64,000 nt of DNA from Mobula hypostoma (taxonomy: Eukaryota). Positions 37,020 to 49,594 of this stretch are shown here, in pieces. The position numbers and the translations under genes were made by a program. Under the pieces are notes generated by a model. It had not been told where the DNA came from. It ran no database searches and worked only from the letters and a program-made list of their open reading frames with translations. The stretch's first letter is position 1. Every line of letters starts with the position of its first letter. The stretch spans positions 110,114,001-110,178,000 of the forward strand of contig NC_086108.1 in assembly GCF_963921235.1 (NCBI RefSeq), in the 5' to 3' direction.

Positions 37020-38304
37020 CGTCTCAACTGCAGGAGGCTGAAGGGGTAGCCCCAGCTAAATGTTTCAGTTTGGAGAAACTTAAACAGCAGCTACCGATCG
37101 AGGGAATGAGGAAGGATATGGATTTGAAGGATGATGTGCTGCACATGTGGTACATGCTGCCTTTCGCTAACTTCCCCGTGATTGAGGAAGAGACTTTTGG
37201 CCCTTCTCCCACTGAGTCAGGTGTAGTGGGGAGGGCTAGCTGTGGGCAGTCTGAGTTACGACAGGATCAAGAAGGAGGAGAGGCGGGACCCCGGACACGG
37301 GACAGGGGGCTCCGAGCTGTAGTGGTGGCGTGAGTGAGAGAGGAGTTGGCAAGCAGGCCCGAGGTATCCCTAGTAGTGTCTGAGCCTTTTGGGTTTAGGT
37401 GAAGGGGTACAGAGGTCTCGGAGGGTTAAGAAGCTCCCAGATAGGTTGGCCTATGTAGCGCCCGTGGGACGGGAGTAAGGTCCACTGTCTGGGGAGCACT
37501 GTCACTGTGTGTATCTGTGTATGTGTGTGTTGTGTGTCTGCAGGACTGGTTGGCGAGTTATTTAGAAGTCATGAGGACATGACTTTCTTTGGTGGGGGGA
37601 GAGTGTAAGGGGGTTTCGACTTTTATGTTACTGTGGAGGCTAATCAAAATGGCGTCTTTATTATGTTAATCTGGGGAATGTGGTTTTGTTGTGTTAAACA
37701 CTGAGAAAGTTTGCGCTAGCAGCTCGTTTTGGTTTAGAGTGTGATAAGAAAATACTATTAACCAATTGGGATAGTTGTTATGGTTTTGGTGTATTTGAAG
37801 ATACTGTATGCATGGGGTTTTGGGGGAGAAGGTGGGAGAGTGAGACAGAGGATGGACGAGGTGCTGTGAGTCCGCTAACGGGGTTGGACCCCGAGGAGGG
37901 CGTTCGGCGAGGAGATGGAGACGGAGTCGGACTCATGTGGAGCGTCTGGTCGACCACCATTGTTGGTCCCAGGTGGCTGGTCGAGGTGGTCCGAGGGGTC
38001 ACAGGGAGAAGAAGAAGCTCCTTGAGCTCCAACTGTTTGTGCACGAAGAGATTGGACTTTGATAAGTGTGGCGCCTTTTATTTTCCTTTTATATTTTATT
38101 CTCTATTAATTATGTATAGTTCCAGTAATATCTATAAACTGTAAATCATTTAATTGCATCTGGTGTATTGTCTGTTATTTGGGCGGGGTGGAGTACCTCA
38201 CACAGCATCCACACAAACTAATTACCCAGTTTGCCGGGGCTGAGGGCTGTTTCCCTAGACGACAGCGAGCCGAGCGACCCTGAGGGTGGCTGGGAGGGGC
38301 TACG
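37020..38304 (+). mobile_element. Gypsy 3' internal remnant with PPT and 3' LTR (37604-38304)
   Basis: Pol C-terminal-like VQRSRRVKKLPDRLAYVAP, PPT GGTGGGGGGAGAG, LTR TGTAAGGGG...GGGGCTACG; sits within a minus-strand Rex1 tail. Confidence 0.65.
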
Positions 38305-39914
38305 TGCATTTAAGTAGTACAAGGGAAAAGAAATAACAGAAAGCAGAATAAAGAGTTACAGTTACAGAGAAAGTGCAGTGCAGGTAGACAACAAGGTGCA
38401 AGGTCATAATGAGGAAGATTGTCCTTGAGCCTGGTAGTACGTGCTTCCAGGTTTTTGTAACTTCTGTCTGATGGGAAAGGGGAGAAGAGACAATGCTCGG
38501 GGTGCATAGAGTCATATTTACTTAATTAGCAATACAGTGCTAAGTAGGCCATCTGGCCCTTTGGGCTGCGCCGCCCCAGCAACCCTAAGAAACCCAAACC
38601 TAATCATGGGACAATTTACAATGACCTCCCCAGTCCGTCTTTGGACTGTGGGAAGAAACTGGAGGACCCGGAGAAGACCCACTCATTATACGGGGAGAAG
38701 TACAGAGACTGATTACAGCACAATGCCACATTGAACTCCGGGGTCCAGAACCCCGAGCTGTAATAGTGTTATGCTAACCGTTATGCTACCATGGCATCTT
38801 TGATTATGTTCTCTGCTTTACTGAGGTAGCAAGAAGCGTTGTCATAGAGGGGAGGCCGGTTCAGTTGATGTGCTGAGGAGAGTCCGCAACTCTCTGCAGT
38901 TTCTTGTAGTCATGGACAAAGCAGTTGCCATATCAAGCTGTGATGCATCCTGGGTAGGATGTTTTCTGTGGTGTATTGAGAAAAGTTAGTAAGGATCAAA
39001 CTTCTTTAACCTCCTGAGGAAGTAGAGGTGCTGGTGTACCTTCTTGGCCGTGACATCTACATGGTTGGACTATTGGTGATATTCACACTGAGCAATTTGA
39101 AGTTCTCAACCCTCTCAACCTCGTCACCATTGATGTAGACAGAAGCATGTGCATCACTTCCCCCTTCCTGAAGTCAGTAGCGAACTCTTATGTTTTGCTG
39201 ACATTGAGGGAGAAACTGTTGTCATGACACCATGATACTACATTCTCTATCTCCTTGCCATACTCTGCATCGTCGTTGACAGCAATCCAATTAGCCCATT
39301 TCACACAGTTCTAGAAAGTCTCTTCTCATTTCAAAGAAACCTTTCTTGCATTGATTAGGGGTTTCTTTTTTGCTCTCTTGTCCTCCACAAAATCTTTAAA
39401 TGAGTGTAACAGGGAAGGTCCTCAGCCTGAAACCTGACTGTTTATTTCCTTGCATAAGTGCTGCCTGACTTGCTGACTTCCTCCACCAATTTGTGCATGT
39501 TGCTCAAGATTTCCAGTATCTGCAGAATGTCTTGTGTCTATAAGAGGGAAGGAAGCTATTTGGCCCTTTGCCAGCCATCCAGTCTCTTATTTTCCAATTA
39601 CTCTGTGTTTTTTAACTACCAAAACCACAAGTGCATCAGCTTCCACCTTCTTACAGGCAGTGGGTTCCAGATCACAACCAGTCCATTCCTTTAATTTTCT
39701 CCACTTCTCAGTGAGAGGCCATTGAGTAAGAAGAGGAAGCACTCATGAGAAATGTAGTTTGACATCTAGATTCTGGGGCCACATCAGAATCAGGTTTATT
39801 ATCTCTGATAGACGCGTTAATCTGGTTGTTTTCTGGTAGCAGTACAATCCAATACGTAAAAATCACATTTCTTACAATAAGAAATATATTATACACATAT
39901 AAATATGTATCTAC

Positions 39915-40260
39915 TAAAGGAGATGTAAGGCACTTCTTCCCTCCGCTAGCCTGCAGGTCACCCCTGGGCAGGGCGTGGCACCTGCTTAGCTCCGCCCCCT
40001 GATCAGGGTCACGTGAAGCCATGGGAGCAGGTGGTGGATGGTTGTACGAGCAGCTGGTGCAGATCACAAGTCCTGGTTATGTGACCACTGACAACAGGCA
40101 GACAATTTCTGAAGGTATTGGTAATAGCTGGGGTTACCCGTCTTGTAAAGACACTGCCCAGAAGAAGGCAATGGCAAACCACTTCTGTAAAAAATTTGCC
40201 AAGAACAATCATGGTTATGGAAAGACAATGATCGTCCATGTTATACAACACAGGACATAG
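39915..40260 (+). mobile_element. SINE-like element with RTE/BovB-type 3' tail
   Basis: GAAGGCAATGGCAAACCACT...TTGCCAAGAA motif characteristic of RTE-mobilised tails. Confidence 0.55.
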
Positions 40261-40689
40261 TATATATAAACAAATAAGTAGTGCAAATGATGAGATAGTG
40301 TTCATGGGTACATCGTCCACTCAGAAATCTGATGGTGGAAGTGAAGAGAGAAAGAAGCTGTTCCTGAAACATTGAGTGTGTGCCTTCAGGCTCCTGTACC
40401 TCCTCCTTGATGGCAGCATTGAGAAGAGGGCATGTACTGGCCGGTGGGGATCTTTTACTTCCTTCGTTCATGCTTAGCCCCTGCTCTCAACCCAACAAGA
40501 CTGCATTTGCCTGGATTTGCATTTGCTGAGGATTCTGTCTGGTGTGCAGACAGAGTACACTTGTGGTACAGTGTGTGGAAGGAAGTCAGAAGTTGGAACG
40601 AGATTTATGGAAGTGTTTGTGTTTCTTTCCTGAGCTTTGCACAATGGGTTTCATTTTCAGTGGGTGAGAATAAGCCACATCAGGGTGAC

Positions 40690-40911
40690 AGGAGTAGCAC
40701 ATTAGCACAGCAGTTAATGTAACACTATTACAGCCAGTGACCCAGGTTCAAATACGCTGCTCTCTTTAAGGAGTTTGTTGGGTCTCCCCATGACCGTGTG
40801 TCTTTCCCCTGGGTGTTCCAGTCTCCTCCCACATTCAAAAGATGTATGAGTTAGAGTTGGTCAGTTATGGGCTTACTATGTTGGTGCCAGAAGCATGGTA
40901 ACACTTGCAGG
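40690..40911 (+). mobile_element. tRNA-derived V-domain SINE; related copies near 10060, 38520, 46870, 55350, 55770 and 56360
   Basis: B-box-like GGTTCAAAT followed by the V-SINE core AAGGAGTTTG..TCTCCCCATGACCGTGTG..TCCTCCCACATTCAAAAGA. Confidence 0.7.
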
Positions 40912-43122
40912 CAATGTTCCCTCTAATTTTTAGTAGTCAGTGTGCGCAAAAATCTTATGTTGTGCAAATTTTTTTCCTGTGACAAAAGAATGTGCGCATT
41001 GAATGCACACATGGCACAGTTTTTAGATTATGAAGACACGTAGTCCTCTTTTATTGTCATTTAGTAATGCATGCATTAAGAAATGATACAATATTTCCTC
41101 CGGTGTGATATCACAAAACACAGGACAGACCAAGACTGAAAAAACTGACAAAACCACATAATTATAACATATAGTTACAACAGTGCAACAATACCATAAC
41201 TTGATGAAGAAGTCCATGAGCACAGTAAAAGTTCAAAGTCTCTCAAATGTCCCACATCTCACGCAGACGGGAGAAGGAAGAAAAACTCTCCCTGCCATGC
41301 CGACCACAATCTGACTCTGAGTCATCCAAAAACTTCAAGCTCCGATCAGCTCTCCGACACCGAGTACTGAGCGCCATCTCTGTCCGAACGATTTGACCTC
41401 TTTCTCAGTCGCCAAAAGCAGGCAAGGCCGGGGATTTTGAGGCCTACCCTCCAAAAGATTCCCAACCGCGCAGTAACGACAGCAGCAAACAGGCGTTTCA
41501 GAAATTTCTCCATATGTTCCTCTGTGCTTTCATGTCCATTCTCCATCAAATCAGAATTGTCCACAGCCCCTATTTAACAGATACGATATCATTTTTCACC
41601 GGAGGGCTGCGCACGCGCAGGCGTGCGGCCATCTTCTCCTCCCATCTCAAATATTATGTAGGTTTACAAAATATTTGACATAAAACTGCACAGGATAACA
41701 ACAAAATAACATACATATTTAAGTCACTCAGTTATTTTTTCTCTCTCCTGTCTTTGGCATTTACCCATTCTTTGTAAACTCTATCTAGACTAATAGAACT
41801 TCCATCCAATTGATAGCTTTTGATTCTCATTAACATATCCAAATGACATTCACCTAAACGGTCTCTCAGCTTGTTTTTGAGTTGACTCACAGTCTGCCCC
41901 AGCCGCAAGAAAGGTTCCCCCAATGTCCATCAACTGTGCAAGGTCGCAAAACTGTTCATTTTGAAGTACAAATGCCACCATTTGAGCGAAGTTTGAAATC
42001 AGTTTGGATTTAATTTTTTCTTGTACAAGAAATTTGAAATCATTAAACTATTACAGTATTTTCAGCTAGAAAATCATGATATTTTAGACATAAGGCATTA
42101 ACTTATTCATCGCCAAATGTGAAGTCACAATCTGCAATTGCAGGGAAATCAAAAGCTGACCATTCTTGTCCCTCAACTTTGATTGTTTTCACTCTCGCTC
42201 ATCTGCACTCAACCGTTATATGCGTAGCACTCCTGTAACGGGTAATGACGGGTTCTGTAGCCTGAGCTTTTGCACACTGTCCAAATGCGATTTACTTGCC
42301 AAATGTCGCTTCAAAAAGTCAAGTTTCCAAACATCATCCCACTTCTTTCCACTAGCAAATTCTCCAGCAACTTTCGCATCATGACAATACAAACAGATAA
42401 CTCCAGTTTCCGAATCATACATAAATATTTCTTGTAGCTGAACTTTCATGCACTCACGAGCTTTCGGTGTAGCAGTTTCTACTATTTTGTTAAGCCATTC
42501 AACTTTAAACAAATTTGCGGTTCTTTTGTGCTTCACGCCCTTCGCTTCTTTTGAATTCGACATAGTGTATCAATACTTTTTTCAATAAAAACTTAGTAAG
42601 CTATCTACAGGATTTGAAACAGATCTCTGTAAACTTTACGATATGAACACTGTGCGCCAAACATGGCTGCCGCCGTGATGCAGCTGTACAAACTGGAACA
42701 GGAAAGGTGAGGTGACGTAAATTAGTGACGTGCATTGTGGTGTTTGAAAAACCGACTAACTCGTTAACAGCGCAAACACAAGGAAATCTGCAGATGCTGG
42801 AAATTCAAGCAACACACACACAAAAATGCTGGTGAATGCAGAAGGCCAGGCAGCATCTATAGGAAGAGGTACAGTCAACGTTTTGGGCCGAGACCTGTCG
42901 ACTGTACCTGTTCCTATAGATGCTGCCTGGCCTGCTGCGTTCACCAGTATTTTTTGTGTGTGTAACTAGTTAACAGAAACAGTTCGCTAAAAGATTATTT
43001 TCAATTAGTATAATTATTAATTACTACATTATTTTAGGTAACTAACCTTTTGTGCGCACATTAATTTCCTTTGTGCACTGGTTGAAAAACGTGTGCACCC
43101 GCACAGCTTAGAGGAAACTATG
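40912..43122 (-). mobile_element. hAT DNA transposon, internally deleted, with two nested retroposon insertions
   Basis: TIRs CAATGTTCCCTCTAA / TTAGAGGAAACTATG; perfect 8-bp TSD CTTGCAGG at 40904-40911 and 43123-43130; N-terminal zinc finger (CLYCHD..LKRHLASKSH) and C-terminus (LKNKLRDRLGECHLDMLMRI). Confidence 0.9.
41022..41648 (-). mobile_element. Non-autonomous retroposon inserted in the hAT element
   Basis: Minus strand begins with GC-rich AAGATGGCCGCACGCCTGCGCG and ends with AATAAA...ATAATCTAAA; no coding capacity seen. Confidence 0.5.
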
Positions 43123-43147
43123 CTTGCAGGCTGCCATCAGCACATCC

Positions 43148-46100
43148 AGAATCAGATTTATTATCACCGGCATGTGTCGTGAAATTTGTTAACTTAGCAG
43201 CAGCAATTCAATGCAATACATAATATAGAAGAAGAAGAAAAAAATAGTAATAATAAATAAATAAGTTAATCAATTACAGTGTGTGTGTGTGGCCTCCGTC
43301 GGTCATGGTCAACCATGGGTACTGCGCCTCTGGGAGTCACTGGTTTGTCGAGCAGCGTCGACTGTTGCTATTGGGGCCGATCCTGGAACGGCAGGCTCTG
43401 CCACGGTTGCTGCATGTGTCTGCTGTGCTCTGCGCTCCTCAAACTGACTCAGGATCACTCTTTCGCCCTGCTGTAGGTGTTGCTGAAGAGTACCTCGCCA
43501 TTTGTTGCAGTCATCTGCTGTATCCTCCCAGCACTCTGTGTTGATTTTTAAGGTTTTCATGTCGTGCTTGCAGAGGTCCTTGAAGCGAAGTTAGGGTCTA
43601 CCAACGTTCCTCTTGCCTGTTGCTGGTTCACCGTAGAGGATGTCCTTTGGCAGTCTACCATCCTTCGTATGATGGACGTGGCCCAGCCAGCGCAGTCTGC
43701 GTTGTCTTAAAAGTGTGAACATTGTGGGAAGTCCAGCGCGGGAGAGGACCTCAGAGTTTGGGACTTTGTCTCTCCAGGTGATGCCAAGGCTGTGGCGAAG
43801 GCTGCACAGGTGAAAACTATTGAGTTTCCTCTCCTGCTTGGAGTAGATGGTCCAAGTCTCACTACCATACAGGAGAGTGCTGATAGCGCATGCACTGTAC
43901 ACAGCAGTCTTGGTCTTTGTAGCGAGTTTCGGATTCTCCCAGACCCACGAGGAGAATCGAGCAAGGATCAATGCTGCTTTGCTGATACATCTATTGACTT
44001 CAGCATCAAGGGAGAGCATGTCGCTAATGGTCGACCCCAAGTATGTGAACTTGTGGACCACTTTTAGATCGTAATTGTCCATGGTAATGACTGGTGTCTC
44101 CACTACGTTCTGGGCAAGGACATTTGTTTTCTTTAGGCTGATGGTAAGCCTGAAGCCCTTGCATGTGCAGTCCATGAGAGTTTGTAGTTGCTGTTTGGTG
44201 TGCGAGGTTATAGCAACGTCATCAGCAAAGAACATGTCACGTATTAAGATCTTTCACACCTTTGTTCTTGCTCTCAGGTGCGCAGGGTTGAACAGCCGCC
44301 CATCAGACCTGGTGTGCATGTAGATGCCGTCTGTCAATGTCCCAAACAATTACAGTATAAACAGAAATAATTTATATTGAAAAAGTGAGGTAGTGTTCAC
44401 AGGTTCAACGTCCATTTAGGAATCAGATGGCAGAGGGGAAGAAGCTGTTCCTGAATCACTGAGTGTGTGCCTTCAGGATTCAGTACCTCCCACCTGATGG
44501 TAACAGTGAGAACAGGGCATGCACTGGGTACTGTAGGTCCTTAATAATGGACGCTGCCTTTCTGAAACACCGCTCCTTGAAGACCTCCTGAGTACTTTGT
44601 AGGTAGTACCCAAGATGGAGCCGACTAAATTTACAACCCTCTGCAGCTTCTTTCGGTCCTATGCAGTAGCTCCAGCACCACCCCCCCCCCCCCCGATACC
44701 AGACAGTGATGCAGCCTGTCAGAATGCTCTCCACAATACATCTGAAGAAGTTTTTGAGTGTATTGTTGGCAGACCAAATCTCTTTGAACTCCTAATTAAG
44801 TATAGTCGCTGTCTTGCCTTCTTTATAACTGCATCGATATCTTGGGACCAGATTAGGTCCTCAGATACCCAGGAACTTGAAGCTGCTCGCTCTCTCCACT
44901 TCTGATCCCCCTATGAGGATCGGTATGTGTTCCTTTGCCTTACCCTTCCTAAAATTCACAATCAACTCTTCCGTCTTACTGACATTGAGTGCAAGGTTGT
45001 TGCTGCGACACCACTCCACTAGTTGGCATATCTCACTCTTGTACGCCCTCTCGTCACCACCTGAGTTTCTACCAACAATGGTATCATCAGCAAATCTATA
45101 GATGGTATTTGAGCCCAGCCACACAGTCATAGGTATAGAGAGAGAAGAGCAGTGCGCAAAGCACACACCCCTAAGGTGCACCAGTGTTGATTGTCAGCGA
45201 GTAGGGGATGTTATCACCAATCTCAACAGATTGTGGTTTTCTGGTTAAGAAGTTGAGGATCCAATTGCAGAGGGAGATACAGAGGCCCAAGTTCTGTAAC
45301 TTCTCAATCAGGATTGTGCGAATGATAGTATTGAATGCTGAGCTATAGTCAATGAACAGTATTGTCCAGGTGGTCTAAGGCCATGTGAAGAGCCATTGAG
45401 GTTGCGTCTGCCATTGACATATTGTGGCGAAAGGCAAATTGCAATGGGTCCAGGTCCTTGCTGAGGCAGGAGTTCAGTCTAGTCATGACCAACCTCTCAA
45501 AGCATTTCATCACTGTAGATATGAGTGCTACCAGGCGATAGTCATTAAGGTAGCCCACATTATTCTTCTTAGGCGCTGGTATAATTGTTGCCCTTCTGAA
45601 CTCTGCCTGTAGCAGTGAGAGGTTGAAAATGTCCTTGAATACTCCCACGAGTTGGTTGGCACAGGTTTTCAGAGCCTTACCAGGTACTCCATCGGGACCT
45701 TCCGCCTCGTGAGGGTTCACCCTCTTTAAAGACTGCCTAACATCAGCCTCTGAGACAGAGATCATACGGTCACTGGGTGCAGCAGGGATCTTCACAGCTG
45801 TAGTTGTATTCTCCCTTTCAAAGCGGGCATAGAAGGCATTGAGTTCATTTAGTAGTGAAGCATCGCTGCCATTCATGCTATTGGGTTTTGCTTTGTAGGA
45901 AGTAACGTCTTCCAAGCCCTGCTGGAGTTGTCGTACATCCAGTGTTACCTCTAAACTCATTTGAAATTATCTCTTCACCCTTGAAATAGCCCTCCGCAAA
46001 TCATTCCTGGTTTTTTGGTACAGATCTGGGTTGCCAGACTTGAATGCCACAGGTCTAGGCTTCAGCAGATGACGTACCTCCTGGTTCATCCACAGCTTTG

Positions 46101-46530
46101 GCTTGGGAATGTACAGTAAGTCTTTGTTGGCACGCACTCATCCACAGGTTTTAATGAATTTGGTATCAACTTCAGCATACTCATCCAGGTTCGAAGATGA
46201 AACCCTGAATACAGTCCAGTTCACTGATTCAAAGCCATCCGTAGGCACTTCTATGTTTCCCTTGTCCATTCCTTATTGGTCCTCACTACTGGTGCTTCAG
46301 TCTTCAGTCTCTGCCTATACTCAGGGAGTAGAACTACAGCTAGGTGATCAGACTTCCCGCAGTGGGGGCATGGAATAGCATGGTAGGCATTCTTGATAGT
46401 GGTGTAACAATGTGATATTTTCTTTGGTGCTGTAAGTGATCTGTTGATGGTAATTAGTATTTTTTTCAGAATAGCCTGGTTAAAATCCCACAAAACAATG
46501 ATGAAGGCGTTAGGGTGCATTGTTTCGTAC
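43148..46530 (-). mobile_element. Rex1/Babar LINE (endonuclease C-terminus, RT and tail), split by the RTE insertion
   Basis: DFNQA..GKSDH; NDYRLVAL..KCFERL; RFADD; same family as 31119-33260. Confidence 0.85.
43281..44346 (-). mobile_element. RTE-clade (BovB-like) LINE 3' fragment
   Basis: FADDVA..LTISLKKT..FTYLGS..LLYGSETW..RRLRWLGHV..LPKDILYGE; (CA)n tail; 10-bp TSD CAATTACAGT at 43271-43280 and 44347-44356. Confidence 0.9.
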
Positions 46531-47679
46531 ATGTTGAACTGTGTTGGCTGTTGACGCAAATGACGCATTTCATTGTATGTCTCGATGTTTCAACGTGACA
46601 AATAAAGCTAATCATTTTGTTATCCTTAATCATTATCTGCTTTTGATAAAGTTTTATAAATGTTTTTGGTAGCACACTATTGGGGGCAATTAATAAGTGC
46701 TTGGATTGAAAAGCCAATTTCCAGTAAAAATTGTGACAGAATTATCCAACTGTTATTAAGAACTGCTTTAAGCAGGTCAGCAGCAACACAATGGAAAGTG
46801 ATCACTTTTAAGAAGGAGCAAAGTGAATTTAATCAGTGCTTAAAAAACAAGCTTGATCCCCAAAATATGGTAGCTATTACAGAAGCAGCATCCCAGGTTC
46901 AATTGCTGCTGCTTTCTGAAAGGAGTTTGCATGTTCTCCCTGTCCCCACATGGGTTTCTTCCCACATCCTAAAGACGTCTGGGTTAGTAACTTAATTGGC
47001 CACATAGGTGTCATTAGGCAGCATGTGTTCATTCAACTAGAAGGGCCTCTTACCACGTTATATCACTAAATAAAGACACGCTATACAAATATATGCATAA
47101 GCTCAGTAAATGAGCATTTCAAAACTGACAGCACTTTAATAAATTACAGCCTTGCCAGTAGTGTGTATGTTAAAGATGGTGAACATGATCTTTTATTCCC
47201 AGGGAACTAAAAACTAAAGAGTTTAGGTTTAAGATGAGAGGTGAAAATTTTAAAAGGGATGCAGAGGTTGCAGAGCATGGAATGAGCTGCCATAGATTCA
47301 GACTTAATTATCACATGTACATCAAAACATACAGTGAGATGTGTCGTTTGTGGTAACAACCAACTCATCTATGGATTTTGTCCACACCTCACTGCTTCAG
47401 TAAAGCAGACAGTATAATCAAAGATCCCACCTACACTGGGCATTCTCTCTTCTCCCCTTCCCATTGGGCAGAAGATACAAAAGCCTAAAAGCACGTACCA
47501 CCAGAGTCAAGGACAGTTTGTACCCCACTGTTGTAAGACTATTGAATGGTGCTTTGGTGTGATAAGAAGGACTCTTGGCCTCACAACGACATTGCTTTGG
47601 CTTTTCACATTGTTGTTCACCTGCACTGCATTTTCCCTGTAGCACCTTATTCTGCATTCTGTTTTCATTTTACCTTATC

Positions 47680-49360
47680 CACCAAGAACATAGGCAGCTT
47701 ATGGCAAGGTCTGCACACCAAAACAGACTTCAAAGCTAAACGCAGTGGTGCTGCCAACATCGCTGCCTCTCTCCCAGATGAGCTAAATCTTTTTTACTCT
47801 CAGTTCGATGTCGCCAACACTGAACTCCCGAGGAGAGCCGCTGAAACGACCTGCACCTTGGTCATCTCTGAGGCTGAAGTACACAGGTGTATCCAACGGG
47901 TGGACAGTCTTGTGAAGGACAAGGATGGCATCCCAAAGCGGGTTTTCAGGATGTGCACGGCACAATTAGCAGACATTTTTAATCTCCCTCTCTCCCAGTG
48001 TAGAGTGCCCACCTGCTTCAAAACATCCATCATTGTCCCTGTACGTAAAAAGATCAAGGCAACATGTCTAAACAACCAGCATCCTGTCGTACTCATCTCA
48101 ATAATAAGCAAATGCTTTGAGAGGCTGGTCAAGGACTACATCTGTAGCTTACTACCACCCAAACTGGACCCTCTACAATTCACCTCCTGACACAACTGAT
48201 CAACAGATGATGCAATAGCCACAGATCTACAACCGTCCTTACACACCTGGAGAAGAGTAATGTTCTTGGACTACAGTTCAGCATCCAACACCTCCAGGCT
48301 TGACAAGAAACTCACCCTCAGCCTTCACCCTGCCTCGTGCAGCTGGATCCTGGACTTCCTGTCAGATCACTGGCAGGTGGTAAGAGTGGGCTCCCTCACC
48401 TCGGCCCCTCTGAGCCTCAACACAGGGGCTCCCCAGGGCTGTGTACCCATCGTTTACTGTCTGTATACCCATGACTTTTTCGCCACCCACAGCTCCAATC
48501 TGCTAATTTGCTGACAACACTACACTGATTGGCCTTATCTCAAATAATAATGAGGCAACTGACAGAGAAGAAGTCATCACCCTGACATAGTGGTGTCAAG
48601 AAAACAACCTCTCCCTCAATGTTGCAAAAACAAAGGAGCTGGTTGCGGACTACAGGAGGAATGGAGACAGGCTAACCCCTATTTATGTCAATGGATCTAG
48701 GGCTCAGAGGGTGAACAGCTTTAAGTTCCTTGGTATACACATCACCGAGGACCTTACTTGGTCTGTACATACCAGATGTGTGGTGAAAGAAAGTACAACA
48801 GCGCCTCTTTCACCTCAGACAGTTGAAGAAGTTTGGCATGAGTCCCCAAATCCTAAGGACTTTCTACAGGGGTACAGTTGAGAGCATCCTGACCAGATGT
48901 ATCACTGCCTGGTACGGGAACTGTACCTCCCTCAATCGCAGGACTCTGCAGAGGGTGGTGTAGACAGTCCAGCAGATCTGTGGATGTGAACTTCACACTA
49001 TTCAGTAAATTTACAGTGACAGTGCGTAAAAAGGGCCCAAAGGATCATTGGGACCTGAGTCACCCTAACAACAAATTGTTCCAGCTGCTACTATCCAGGA
49101 GACAGTATTGCAGCATTAAAGCCAGGACCAACAGGCTCCGGGACAGCTTCTACTACCGGGCCATCAGACTGATTAATTCACGCTGACACAATTGTATTTC
49201 TATGCTATATTGACTGTTCTGTTGTATATCTTAGTGTACATACTATTAATTACTAATTACTATAAATTGCACATTGCACATTCAGATGGACACATAACGT
49301 AAAGATTTTTACTCCTCCTGTATGTGAACGATGTAAGAAATAAAGTCAATTCAATTCAAT
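47680..49360 (+). mobile_element. Rex1/Babar LINE fragment
   Basis: LPDELNLFYSQFD..PTCFKTSIIVPV..KCFERLV; FLDYSSA; GAPQGC; AATAAA and (CAATT)n tail. Confidence 0.85.
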
Positions 49361-49594
49361 TGTGCAATGAATTGATCTGTATGAATAGAATTCAAGACAG
49401 AAAGTAGTGGATAAGGCCTTGTCCATCATAGGCAAAGCCATCCCCACCATTGAGCACACTTACATGGAGCAATAGAAAGCAACATCCATCATCAAGGACC
49501 CCATCATCCAGACCATGCTCTCTTCTTACTACTAATATTGGATAGGAGGTACAAAGGCCTTAGGTCCCACACTATTAAATTCAGGAACAGTTAA

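Noticed and set aside
40690..40760. tRNA gene
   Set aside because: Degenerate tRNA-like head of a V-SINE; no complete cloverleaf.
41732..42563. ZNF862-like domesticated hAT gene
   Set aside because: Fragmented, internally deleted and bounded by TIRs with a perfect 8-bp TSD.
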